From Promethearchaeota archaeon (GTDB taxonomy: Archaea > Asgardarchaeota > Lokiarchaeia > Sigyniarchaeales > Promethearchaeaceae), in contig JAFGBS010000028.1 of assembly GCA_016933055.1 (NCBI GenBank), positions 300,001-332,000 on the forward strand: a DNA stretch of 32,000 nucleotides, in the 5' to 3' direction. The position numbers and the translations under genes were made by a program. Numbering within the stretch: position 1 is the first letter of the stretch; each line of letters begins with the position of its first letter. Positions 1 to 8,910 of this stretch are shown here, piece after piece. The notes beneath the pieces are model-generated. The model was not told where the DNA came from. It ran no database searches and saw nothing but the letters and a program-made list of their open reading frames with translations.

Positions 1-483
1 TTTACGGCGACCGATCGAAAAGCGATAAAACTCACTGCTGAAAATTTTCCAATATCAGATTATTACCAAACTGATGAAGTGCTTACTTCTCTTGGTACGG
101 GAGAAGCTTTGGTAACTGCGTTAAATGAAAAAGGGAGACCAACTCCTCTTGCAGTTACAATGATTCGAGCACCAATGAGCAGAATGGATATTTTAACACC
201 CAAAGAGCTTACTGCTATCAATACTGCCTCAGACCTTGTAAAAAAATATAATAAAACCGTTGATCGCGAAAGTGCTTATGAAATTTTAAGTAAAAAAATC
301 GAGATTATAGAGAAAGAACAGAAAAAGGAAGTTGAAAGGAAAAAAAAAGAAACGGAAAAAAAACAAACATCAAAATCTTCATCTAACCGAAGCAGAAAAA
401 GCACTAAATCTGTAACAAAAGTCTTAACCAGTGCCACTTTTATTAGAGGAGCATTGGGTATTTTAAAAAAAGTCATTCGTTAA
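1..483 (+). CDS. DUF853 / HerA-like ATPase (YjgR family), C-terminal part; 5'-truncated by the window edge
   Basis: Frame 1 is open from base 1 (FTATDRKAIKLTAENFPISDYYQTDEVLTSLGTGEALVTALNEKGRPTPLA...IRAPMSRM) to TAA at 481-483. The AENF, LGxGEALV, EKGxPTP and RAPxSRM motifs match my recollection of DUF853. Confidence 0.8.
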   Translation, partial: FTATDRKAIKLTAENFPISDYYQTDEVLTSLGTGEALVTALNEKGRPTPLAVTMIRAPMSRMDILTPKELTAINTASDLVKKYNKTVDRESAYEILSKKIEIIEKEQKKEVERKKKETEKKQTSKSSSNRSRKSTKSVTKVLTSATFIRGALGILKKVIR

Positions 484-510
484 TTTTATCTTTTTTCTTC
501 TTTTTTTATT
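484..510 (+). terminator. Oligo-T tract, probable archaeal-type terminator of the DUF853 gene
   Basis: TTTTATCTTTTTTCTTCTTTTTTTATT directly after the stop codon. Confidence 0.5.
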
Positions 511-627
511 AATCAATATCTACACCACTCCTTAAGGGTTGATAACCCAAATTAACCATGTGGTTTTAGTGTAAAACTAAACCGAGCCTACGATGACCCG
601 TATAGGGTGGGTGATAGATGTTGATTA
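510..627. other. Structured non-coding element with a long terminal inverted repeat (MITE-like or small ncRNA)
   Basis: 510-530 pairs with 605-627 (about 21 bp, 2 G-U pairs, 2 single-nt bulges). Internal hairpins: GGGTT/AACCC (536-548), 562-583, and TACG/CGTA (589-602). No ORF. Confidence 0.45.
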
Positions 628-692
628 TAGAAAAACTGTGTTTGGAGGACGAATCAGCTTTATATGTATGAAAAATAAAAAAAGAGAAAAAT

Positions 693-2042
693 TTATTTCT
701 TTTTTGCTGGACCTTTTTCTTTCAGTAAATCGAATGTATCAATAAGTTCAAGTATTCCATACACTGGGATGCCGTGATTATCTCTCTCGTTTGCGTCATT
801 GAGGTTTCTCCAGCAGAATGGACATTCCGTAAGCATGATATCTGCTCCGACTGCTTCAGCTTCATCCAGCCGTCTAGAGGATGTATTTAAACTGAACTCA
901 GGATATTGAGCCCTTACACCCCCCCCGGCTCCGCAACAGAAAGAGTTTTCTTTAATTCGATACATTTCGTTAAATTTGATGCCAGGAAGTGCCCGAATAA
1001 TGGTTCGGGGTATTTCAAACCAGTCATCTACTCTCTTGCTTAGTTTTCTTTTGTCAAGAAAGAGATTATCGGAACTATTGATCAATTCTCTTTTGAAATG
1101 TTCGGCGAAATGTCTTCCTGTGTGGCATGGATCATGATAAGTTACCGTTTTTCCCTTAAGCTTTGGATGTTCTTTAAACTCTAACTTTCCGTCAGTAATG
1201 AGTTGAGCTATTAGTTCCATTGCATGTTGTGTTTTAAATGTGTTTTTCTTACCCGTCCATTTAGGATAGTCAATTGTAAAGGTTCGGTAGCAACCTGCGC
1301 ATGAAAACAGAATCAGTTCGTAGTTAGCAAAAAATTTCAAGTTATCATTCATTAGGCGCTGAGCAGTGTTTGTTTTTCCAATTCGGAAGAAAGGAGATCC
1401 GCAACATACTTCTTCTGTGAGAACAGTTATATCTAATCCCAATTTTTGAAGCAGTTTAACCGTAGCACCCGCAATATTCTTCTGTCGATAAGCAGCAGTA
1501 CATCCTACGAAATAGGCGATTTTCGCATCCTTTTTGTTGAGAAGTTTTGGATCGATGCCTGCTTCTTTAACCCAATCAACACGTTCGACTTTTTTACCAC
1601 CATACGGATTGTCTTCTTTTTGGGTTATATTATCCACAAGTTCGTGTTTATCCCGAGCAGGTACTCCAGCTTCTAAAACTGCTGCGCGTAATGCTTCAAT
1701 AATGTCTACAGTGCGCACATCGTTTTCGCATTGCTCCCCACAGAGCCCACACGTTATGCATGGGTAAATCACATCTGCCACATTATCGTCAATTTCAATT
1801 TCACCTTCCAGAATGCTGCGAGCAATCCACATTTTGCCGGCATTGGCGTAAGCTTCCCACCCATATTCTAATTGTGCAGGACACGATTTTAACATACCCT
1901 CATACAGTACTCGTTCCTTTGAGAAAGAACCTTTGTGTTCTCCGACACCTTCTCTACTTGGATCACCAGAATACGCAAATACGCAGGCTTTACAGTGGAT
2001 GCAACGATATATATCAGTTTTCAATTCTTTTAGTCTTTCCAT
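693..2042 (-). CDS. HdrD/GlcF/GlpC-like (Fe-S)-binding oxidoreductase subunit with two CCG domains
   Basis: N-terminal CIHCKAC...C and CITCGLCGEQC ferredoxin-type motifs; FVGC, CCGSP, CAGC, YHDPCH, CCGAGGG and CPFC motifs typical of CCG domains. Confidence 0.88.
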   Translation of the reverse strand: MERLKELKTDIYRCIHCKACVFAYSGDPSREGVGEHKGSFSKERVLYEGMLKSCPAQLEYGWEAYANAGKMWIARSILEGEIEIDDNVADVIYPCITCGLCGEQCENDVRTVDIIEALRAAVLEAGVPARDKHELVDNITQKEDNPYGGKKVERVDWVKEAGIDPKLLNKKDAKIAYFVGCTAAYRQKNIAGATVKLLQKLGLDITVLTEEVCCGSPFFRIGKTNTAQRLMNDNLKFFANYELILFSCAGCYRTFTIDYPKWTGKKNTFKTQHAMELIAQLITDGKLEFKEHPKLKGKTVTYHDPCHTGRHFAEHFKRELINSSDNLFLDKRKLSKRVDDWFEIPRTIIRALPGIKFNEMYRIKENSFCCGAGGGVRAQYPEFSLNTSSRRLDEAEAVGADIMLTECPFCWRNLNDANERDNHGIPVYGILELIDTFDLLKEKGPAKKK

Positions 2043-2067
2043 GATCTATCAACTCCGTATGCCAATT

Positions 2068-3558
2068 TTATGGCAACATTAACCTCCCTGGGTGCATAAT
2101 GTAGTTTGGATCAAACATTTCCTTGACCTTGCGCAAGTATTTCAAATAAGTTCCTGCTCGACTGTACATCTCAGGTGCATGGATATACGGATCGGGTCGA
2201 TAATTAATCCATCCTCGTGATAAACAATATTCAGTTGATTCCCGATTCATATCTTGCACCCTTTGGAAATCCTCTGGTTTGCTGGAATCGAAGCACACAA
2301 TAGGCATACAAATCGCTTGTCTGCATCGTTCAATTGAAGCTACCCACATTACTTCGGGGAAATCATACTTCTTTAAAATTTTATTATATTCTACACAAAA
2401 ATCTGCAGAATCGGTCCATGGAGTATACCATGTAATGAAAAGAAAGCCAGCTTCGTAATAAGAATATGGAATAGCGATTTTATTTGGCTTTCTTAGTCGG
2501 GATGCTACTTGTTTTGGATGGAGTTTCCACTCCTTGATTGCATCTGGATCCTTACATTTTGGATTTTTCTTAAATTCATTCGCCAAGCGATCGATAGTTT
2601 TTTCCACAAAATCTTGTTCTTCAGCGGATTGGGCCCAAATTTCCCAGTTCATCCACCATGGTGCAATTCCCATTTTTTCATAAAAAGAATAATCGTTCGG
2701 AACTTTGTCTTTTGGCCATCGAGTCATAATTAAAGGCCAATTTCCCCCTTGGACCATTACAGTATTATGCGCAATTCCGAATTCGAGCTTGCCCGCCTCC
2801 AGAGTAAGGTTCTGCATATCGTAAGGATTCGACATCGCCCATGCTTTAATGGTTTTATGTGCCGGATGCGGGAATATCTTCACAACACCTTTAGTAAACA
2901 CCCCCATAGCACCTTGCGACCCCATAAATAAGCTAAACAGCTCCGGACCGAGGCCCCATTTGTAGAAAGGTTTCACTCCGTTTAATGCCCAAGAACCTAA
3001 TCTAATAATATCCCCTTGGGGAACGACAACTTCACCACCCATGAAAATTTGTCCTTGAGGTCCCATTGAACTCGTTACGAGCGAAAACCCTCGATCAATA
3101 GCGTCTCCCATGACGGTGGCCGTTGGTGGAGCGCCATCAGCTATCGGGGGGCAGAATGCAGGATGATATTTTTCAAAATATGCCCATAATTCGCCAGCAG
3201 TAACGCCTGGTTCGATTACAACATAGCGGTTATCTTCATCTACTTCAATTATGCGGTTCATACGTGATAAGTCTAATTGGACACCGCCCGGTTTAATCAA
3301 TGGACAGGCGAAACCTCCACTTAATCCCCCACTAATGGGGGACACGGGAATTTTCCGGGTGTTACACCAGACAAGAATCTTTCGTATTTCTTCTGTATAG
3401 CGTGGTCGGATAATGACGTCAGCTATTTGAGATTCAAGACCCATCACCGATTTGGCTAAGTAAGAAGCTCTAATGGCCGGATTATCGGACACATATTGTT
3501 TTCCAACAATTGATTGGAAGTGTTCGATATCATCGGCAGTTGGTTTATTATAATGCAT
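2068..3558 (-). CDS. FAD-binding oxidoreductase, VAO/PCMH (GlcD / p-cresol methylhydroxylase-like) family
   Basis: PISGGLSGG, LDLSRMNRIIEVD, VIEPGVT, GSQGAMGVFTK and C-terminal FDPNYIMHPG. ATG at 3558 preferred over GTG at 3570 because TTATAA lies at 3580-3585. Ends 25 nt before the Fe-S gene, so probably co-transcribed. Confidence 0.88.
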   Translation of the reverse strand: MHYNKPTADDIEHFQSIVGKQYVSDNPAIRASYLAKSVMGLESQIADVIIRPRYTEEIRKILVWCNTRKIPVSPISGGLSGGFACPLIKPGGVQLDLSRMNRIIEVDEDNRYVVIEPGVTAGELWAYFEKYHPAFCPPIADGAPPTATVMGDAIDRGFSLVTSSMGPQGQIFMGGEVVVPQGDIIRLGSWALNGVKPFYKWGLGPELFSLFMGSQGAMGVFTKGVVKIFPHPAHKTIKAWAMSNPYDMQNLTLEAGKLEFGIAHNTVMVQGGNWPLIMTRWPKDKVPNDYSFYEKMGIAPWWMNWEIWAQSAEEQDFVEKTIDRLANEFKKNPKCKDPDAIKEWKLHPKQVASRLRKPNKIAIPYSYYEAGFLFITWYTPWTDSADFCVEYNKILKKYDFPEVMWVASIERCRQAICMPIVCFDSSKPEDFQRVQDMNRESTEYCLSRGWINYRPDPYIHAPEMYSRAGTYLKYLRKVKEMFDPNYIMHPGRLMLP

Positions 3559-4199
3559 TTTAATATTCACAAAATTCTCTTATAAGAAAGTTACGGTAAT
3601 CTCTAATCCTCGCCTTAAAAAGATTTTTTCACACTAATCGCAAATAAAGGGAATTTAAGTTCCGATTAGGTCGGAATTCAGTATGTAATGGGAAAAGCAG
3701 ATATGTTAATTAATAAAAAATTTACCCACATAAATGAAATTTATAAGATAACTGATTAATCTTGACAATTATTTTCTTAATGTCGACGTGTTCCTTGTAA
3801 TCGAGTAATATTTCTCAATTTCCTCTCGCACTCTAATTTGAAAAGTGAGAGGATGAACCTAAAGCAATCCTCTTGGGTCTTCATATGGAGGTTGAGTGAT
3901 CTATATTCTTCATAGTATGAAAATCTTGTATCTAAATTAATAGTACAGTAATACCCCTATCCGTAAGGAAAGACCTTTTTTATTTCGTTGAAAACTGAAG
4001 AGGATTTTTGACGAATCCAGCGTTTAGACAAATTTATGTATATCGTTGGGTCAAAAAAATTCGATTCTTTATGTTTTAAATCTTGACACATGAACAATGC
4101 AATAAATCAGTATCCCATCATGCAGAATTAAATCAAAAAAATTAATATAACCAAAGTTGAATGTGTATATGAATAGTAAAAGTGTATCAAAATAGAGGA

Positions 4200-5402
4200 A
4201 TGAATATGGTAGAAAAAAGACAACAAGTCGATATTCCCACATCCAAAAATGCCCCAGTAGTTATAATGTCAAGATTTAAACAACCTTGGTCAGGCTTATT
4301 AGCATTTTCTGTTCCATTATTGGTAAGTATCATTACTTGGTGGATATTTTTTGACCCCCGTTACCATGAAGATCAGTTTTTGATTTTCTTAGCTCCTACT
4401 GTGGGAGGTTTGGGTCTTATTGGAGTTTTATGGGCAATCTGGTTTGATAATTGGCCGTACTACAATAAATTACGTAAAGCTTGGCAAATTGTCCTTGTTG
4501 GAACAATTATTAATTTGGCAATCATGGTAATACTCGCATTCGTGTTGCGACCGATATTCACACGATTCTTAGCTCAGAAGTTAGGGATAACTGATGAAAT
4601 CATAGCAGATTATGTAGGGAAATCCATATTCGGAGCATTAAGCGGATCTACTTTTTCCTTTGCTACATTATGGGTATCCGCAACTATGTTTTGGCCATTT
4701 TTCAAGTATGATCAACCAAAGCGGGGTATTTTTGTTTGGATAGTAGGTACCGTTATAACTATCATTACATGGGTAGCGGGATTTTTGTTCACGGTAGATC
4801 CAACAGTGACAGACATTAGATATGCGATCAAAGATTCATATTTGGATGCCTTGGGATTGACTCAATGGACCATTTTTTATTCTCTACTCACTTTAATGGT
4901 GCTGGAATACTGGCCATGGACAAAGATTGCGAAGAAACAACCCTTTGTGGGAATATATGCATTTTTTGGTTGTGGTATTTTAGGATTTATAACCTATATC
5001 GGTTTTAAATATGTAGCTAAATATGCATTTTCTCCGATCTTCATAGCATTAGGAGGAGAACCCGGATTTTTGATTACGGTTGAAAAAAGCTGGACTACTA
5101 TGAATATCTCATTTGCAGATTTTCTTATTGCAGCAGTAATCCTTGTTGCATTATTTTTCGATAACTGGCCTAAAAAATATAAACAGTGGAAGAATTTCAT
5201 TATTAGAGTAGTTTTGGTATTAGTGATTGGTATAGCGAGCTTTTTCCTCTATTACTTGGTCTCCCCCTCTTTGTTTGGAGAACCACGCAATCATTTCATT
5301 AAAGTCCCTACGCACTTCTTAGTGTATTTTCTTTGGTTAGAACTTTTATTTGCATATGTTTGGAGAAAATGGCCAATTTACAAAGAATTCAAGAAAGGTT
5401 AG
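4200..5402 (+). CDS. Uncharacterised multi-pass membrane protein (about 10 TM), possible permease
   Basis: About 400 aa, hydrophobic throughout, with recurring WP motifs. ATG 4200 is preceded by AGAGG (GTG 4182 and ATG 4206 are alternatives). Stop lies 4 nt before the next ATG. Confidence 0.75.
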   Translation: MNMVEKRQQVDIPTSKNAPVVIMSRFKQPWSGLLAFSVPLLVSIITWWIFFDPRYHEDQFLIFLAPTVGGLGLIGVLWAIWFDNWPYYNKLRKAWQIVLVGTIINLAIMVILAFVLRPIFTRFLAQKLGITDEIIADYVGKSIFGALSGSTFSFATLWVSATMFWPFFKYDQPKRGIFVWIVGTVITIITWVAGFLFTVDPTVTDIRYAIKDSYLDALGLTQWTIFYSLLTLMVLEYWPWTKIAKKQPFVGIYAFFGCGILGFITYIGFKYVAKYAFSPIFIALGGEPGFLITVEKSWTTMNISFADFLIAAVILVALFFDNWPKKYKQWKNFIIRVVLVLVIGIASFFLYYLVSPSLFGEPRNHFIKVPTHFLVYFLWLELLFAYVWRKWPIYKEFKKG

Positions 5403-5406
5403 TAAA

Positions 5407-6957
5407 ATGTATAATTTCGGACATAAATCGACCTCTTGTGAGTTTGAATGGGTAGGAAACTGGTCCGCTAGGCGTGCTAAATTAACCCCGAATCGAGAAG
5501 CGATTGTTGATAATATTGAGAAAAAGCGTTATACATTTCAACAAATTGATGATAGAGCAAACCAACTCGCACAAGTATTAATAGATAATGGTATTAAAAT
5601 AGGAGATCGCGTAGCAATTCTTGCAAAAAACTCTATAGATTGTATCGATTTATATTTTGCTTTGAGCAAGATTGGAGCAATTTTAGTTCCCTTAAATGTC
5701 AGACTTTCCGTTCTGGAGCTAGAATTTTTAATCCAAAAAACCAAACCGAAACTACTACTTTACGGTAAAGATATGCTGGAAAAAACTACGGAGTTAAAAA
5801 AAAAATCTCTCGTGAATATATATTATGCTACGGGAGTTGACGAATTAGATGGAGATCCAAGCATACGACAACTTTTCCAAGATAAAGAACCCGTTCCATC
5901 CAACAGATCTGCACTAAATTTAGAAGATCCTTCAATTATAATGTTTACAGGAGGGACTACTGGATTACCTAAAGGAGCAATTTTGTCTCATCGGTTAATT
6001 TTCTGGAATTCCGTAAATACTATTATCTCTTGGGGATTAAACCCCGAGGATGTTCAACCCTTATTGTTTCCCTTATTCCATACGGGAGGTTGGAACGTAT
6101 TACTACTCCCATTCTTTCATTTAGGAGCAAAAACTATTCTGATGGGAGACTTCGATCCCTTAGACACCCTAAAAATAATCGAAGAGGAAAAATGTACCAT
6201 AGTAATAACGGTTCCAACTGTATTCCTTGTTATGGCAAACTTACCTCAATTTAAAAACACCAATTTTGATTCAGTGAAGATATTCATCTCGGGAGGCGCT
6301 CCGTGCCCTGTCGCCATTATGGAAAAATATTGGGCGCGTAAGAAACTACTCAAAATGGGATATGGGTTAACTGAAGTGGGACCAAATAATTTTTACCTCC
6401 CAGAAAGCGAAATAAAACGAAAACCTACATCTGTCGGATTCCCTGTATTTCATTGCGATATGCGGGTTGTAGATACTGAAACTAACGACGAAATTCCCCA
6501 GGGAAATGTGGGGGAGTTATTATTAAAGGGACCACATATCTTTTCGGGTTATTGGGAAGAACCAGAAGAAACCAAAAAAACTATTGGACCAGATGGATGG
6601 GTTCACACGGGAGATCTTGTGAAAATTGATGATGAAGGATTCTATTACATCGTTGGTAGAAAGAAAGAAATGTATATTAGTGGTGGAGAGAATATTTTCC
6701 CAGTAGAGATTGAGGAGATTTTATACAAACATCCTGCAATCGATCTTGCAGCTGTTATTGGAGTCCCAGATGAGAAATGGGGGGAGGTAGGAAAAGTATT
6801 CTTCACATTGAAACCAAATAAGCAAGTATCTATCGAAGAAGTAAAGGAATACTTGGTGAAGCGATTAGCAAAATACAAAATTCCAAAGTACTTTGAAATC
6901 CGAGATGTGTTACCAACTTCTGCAGCAGGGAAAATTCTAAAAAAAGATCTAAAATAG
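5407..6957 (+). CDS. Acyl-CoA synthetase / long-chain fatty acid-CoA ligase (AMP-binding, FadD/MenE-like)
   Basis: IMFTGGTTGLPKG P-loop, GYGLTE, GELLLKGP, WVHTGD, RKKEMYISGGENI and PTSAAGKILK. ATG 5407 avoids overlap with the upstream gene. Confidence 0.93.
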   Translation: MYNFGHKSTSCEFEWVGNWSARRAKLTPNREAIVDNIEKKRYTFQQIDDRANQLAQVLIDNGIKIGDRVAILAKNSIDCIDLYFALSKIGAILVPLNVRLSVLELEFLIQKTKPKLLLYGKDMLEKTTELKKKSLVNIYYATGVDELDGDPSIRQLFQDKEPVPSNRSALNLEDPSIIMFTGGTTGLPKGAILSHRLIFWNSVNTIISWGLNPEDVQPLLFPLFHTGGWNVLLLPFFHLGAKTILMGDFDPLDTLKIIEEEKCTIVITVPTVFLVMANLPQFKNTNFDSVKIFISGGAPCPVAIMEKYWARKKLLKMGYGLTEVGPNNFYLPESEIKRKPTSVGFPVFHCDMRVVDTETNDEIPQGNVGELLLKGPHIFSGYWEEPEETKKTIGPDGWVHTGDLVKIDDEGFYYIVGRKKEMYISGGENIFPVEIEEILYKHPAIDLAAVIGVPDEKWGEVGKVFFTLKPNKQVSIEEVKEYLVKRLAKYKIPKYFEIRDVLPTSAAGKILKKDLK

Positions 6958-6967
6958 CTGAGAAACT

Positions 6968-7981
6968 ATGCGTCAAGTCGGTATAGAATCATGGGGGGTG
7001 TACCTTCCTGAACATCAACATACAAGTGAATATATTGCGCGAGAAACGGGAATTCCTGAGGATGTTCTAGAAGATAAATTTGGAATTAGAAGTAAAACGG
7101 TACCCGGCCCAGACGACCATACAGTAAAAATGGGTGCCTATGCAAGCATCAAAGCATTAGAAAAAGCTAATTTGACTCCCGAAGATATTGATGTGATAAT
7201 ATGGGCAGGAGAGGTCTACGCAGAACATCCTATGATGACTTACGGAATTAAATTACAAAAATATTTGGGAAATCCCAAAAAACCCTGGGCATTTGATATT
7301 AATCAGAGATGTGGAACTTTTTTAGTGGGAATGCTAATTGCGAAAAGCTTCATGGAAACAAATCCTTCAATCAAACGGATTTTAATAGCAAGTGGCTATA
7401 GAAATTCAGATCTGATTAATTATAAAAACTCTCGTGCCAGATTTATGACTAGCCTTGCAGCGAGCGGAGTAGCAGCGATCTTAAAAGCAGATTATCAACA
7501 TAACGAAATTCTTGGAATCTCTGTCATGACAGATGGTGCATTTGCCGATGATGTATATGTACCTGCTGGAGGTACAGTTATGCCTATTTCTAAAAAAGCT
7601 ATCGATGAGAATATGATATATCTAGATGTGCCCGACCCTGAGGGGCTTAAAGAACGGTTAGATCAAAAATCCATGCGTGCTTTCATCAATGTCATTGATG
7701 ATGCGCTCCATAAATCAAACTTAACCCGGGATAATATCAATTACTTAGCTTTACTCCATATGAAAAGAAGCGCATATGAATATGTAGCAAAGGAAATTGG
7801 AGTGGATCCATATAAACAGACCATATACTTAGAAAATATAGGGCATAATGGTCAAAATGATGGAATCTTATCCATTGACTATGGTGTGAAAAAGGGTATG
7901 ATAAGGTCAGGAAATATCGTGGTTATCGCAGCCGCGGGTATCGGGTGGGCTTGGAACGCTGGAATAATAAGATGGGGATAA
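6968..7981 (+). CDS. 3-oxoacyl-ACP synthase III (FabH/KAS III)-like condensing enzyme, PRK06840-like subgroup
   Basis: YLPE start, catalytic Cys in NQRCG, LLHMKRS (His), GHNGQND in place of the canonical GNT, and AAGIGWAWNA C-terminus. Confidence 0.88.
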   Translation: MRQVGIESWGVYLPEHQHTSEYIARETGIPEDVLEDKFGIRSKTVPGPDDHTVKMGAYASIKALEKANLTPEDIDVIIWAGEVYAEHPMMTYGIKLQKYLGNPKKPWAFDINQRCGTFLVGMLIAKSFMETNPSIKRILIASGYRNSDLINYKNSRARFMTSLAASGVAAILKADYQHNEILGISVMTDGAFADDVYVPAGGTVMPISKKAIDENMIYLDVPDPEGLKERLDQKSMRAFINVIDDALHKSNLTRDNINYLALLHMKRSAYEYVAKEIGVDPYKQTIYLENIGHNGQNDGILSIDYGVKKGMIRSGNIVVIAAAGIGWAWNAGIIRWG

Positions 7982-7987
7982 AAAAAA

Positions 7988-8767
7988 TCACTCTTTCTCC
8001 CAAAATGAGATTGTGAGCTGATTGAATTCCTTGGGGTGATCAAATATTGTTAGATGTCCAGAATTAGGAATGATTGTTAGTTCAGAATTTTGTAACCAAT
8101 CATGAATCATTCCACTAGCCCAAACGGGTGTAGTAATATCATCATTACCTACCAAGACTAAAGTGGGAATTTCTATCTGCTTCAGATATTTACACATACT
8201 AAATCCCGCAGAAGCTGCTGTTGCTGTTAGACAATCCTCTTTAGTCATATAATCAGTAACCATGCTGGCTATGTATTCTGCGATTTCTTTATCATATGGT
8301 TTAAGGCCTCGGGTGCTTATTCCCATTGCGAATTTATCCAATGGATTGTTATTCACTCTACTAATCACGTCAGTTGTTGCATCATGAGTAACATGACAAA
8401 AACTATCGGCAATGACCATTTTCTTGATCTGCTCTGGATTTTCTACCGCATACACTAATGCAATCATCCCACCCAGTGAATGTCCCACCAAATACAGCTC
8501 TGTATTCCAATGCAGAAATTCTAATAATTTTCTCATGTCATCAACGTAATCACGGATCGTAAAGCGTTTAGGAGGTTTGGTGGATCTCCCATGTCCGCGT
8601 AAATCAAATCTTAGAATTTGAAATTTTGGTTCAAATTCTGACAACTGAAACTTCCAACAATCGCTATTCAAAAACAATCCGTGAAGCAAGACCATCTTGG
8701 GGCCATTCGTATTACCACTTAGTGAATAAGCAATTTGAATTTGATCGTTTACATTAAATAAATCCAT
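7988..8767 (-). CDS. Alpha/beta hydrolase (enol-lactonase / esterase-like)
   Basis: LLHG oxyanion motif, DLRGHGRS, GHSLGG nucleophile elbow, PTLVLVGNDD acid and GHL His. ATG 8767 has TTTATTATA about 25 nt upstream. Confidence 0.9.
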   Translation of the reverse strand: MDLFNVNDQIQIAYSLSGNTNGPKMVLLHGLFLNSDCWKFQLSEFEPKFQILRFDLRGHGRSTKPPKRFTIRDYVDDMRKLLEFLHWNTELYLVGHSLGGMIALVYAVENPEQIKKMVIADSFCHVTHDATTDVISRVNNNPLDKFAMGISTRGLKPYDKEIAEYIASMVTDYMTKEDCLTATAASAGFSMCKYLKQIEIPTLVLVGNDDITTPVWASGMIHDWLQNSELTIIPNSGHLTIFDHPKEFNQLTISFWEKE

Positions 8768-8910
8768 AGTCAAATTGTGCTCTCAACTGTATAATAAATC
8801 TTAGGGTTACCAATCATCATAGATGAACTTTCCAAACAATTATCAGAACATTTAATTATCCAATTCATCAAAATATATTCGTCTAGTAAAATAGACTATG
8901 GTGTTAAAAA

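Noticed and set aside
693-2042. Selenocysteine or SECIS link between the HdrD-like gene and the 510-627 element
   Set aside because: The gene has no in-frame TGA, and the element lacks the 11-14-bp helix II with apical AA of a eukaryote-like SECIS.
3657-3679. Short inverted repeat TTCCGA-TTAGG-TCGGAA
   Set aside because: A 6-bp stem seen once; could be an operator but cannot be told from chance.
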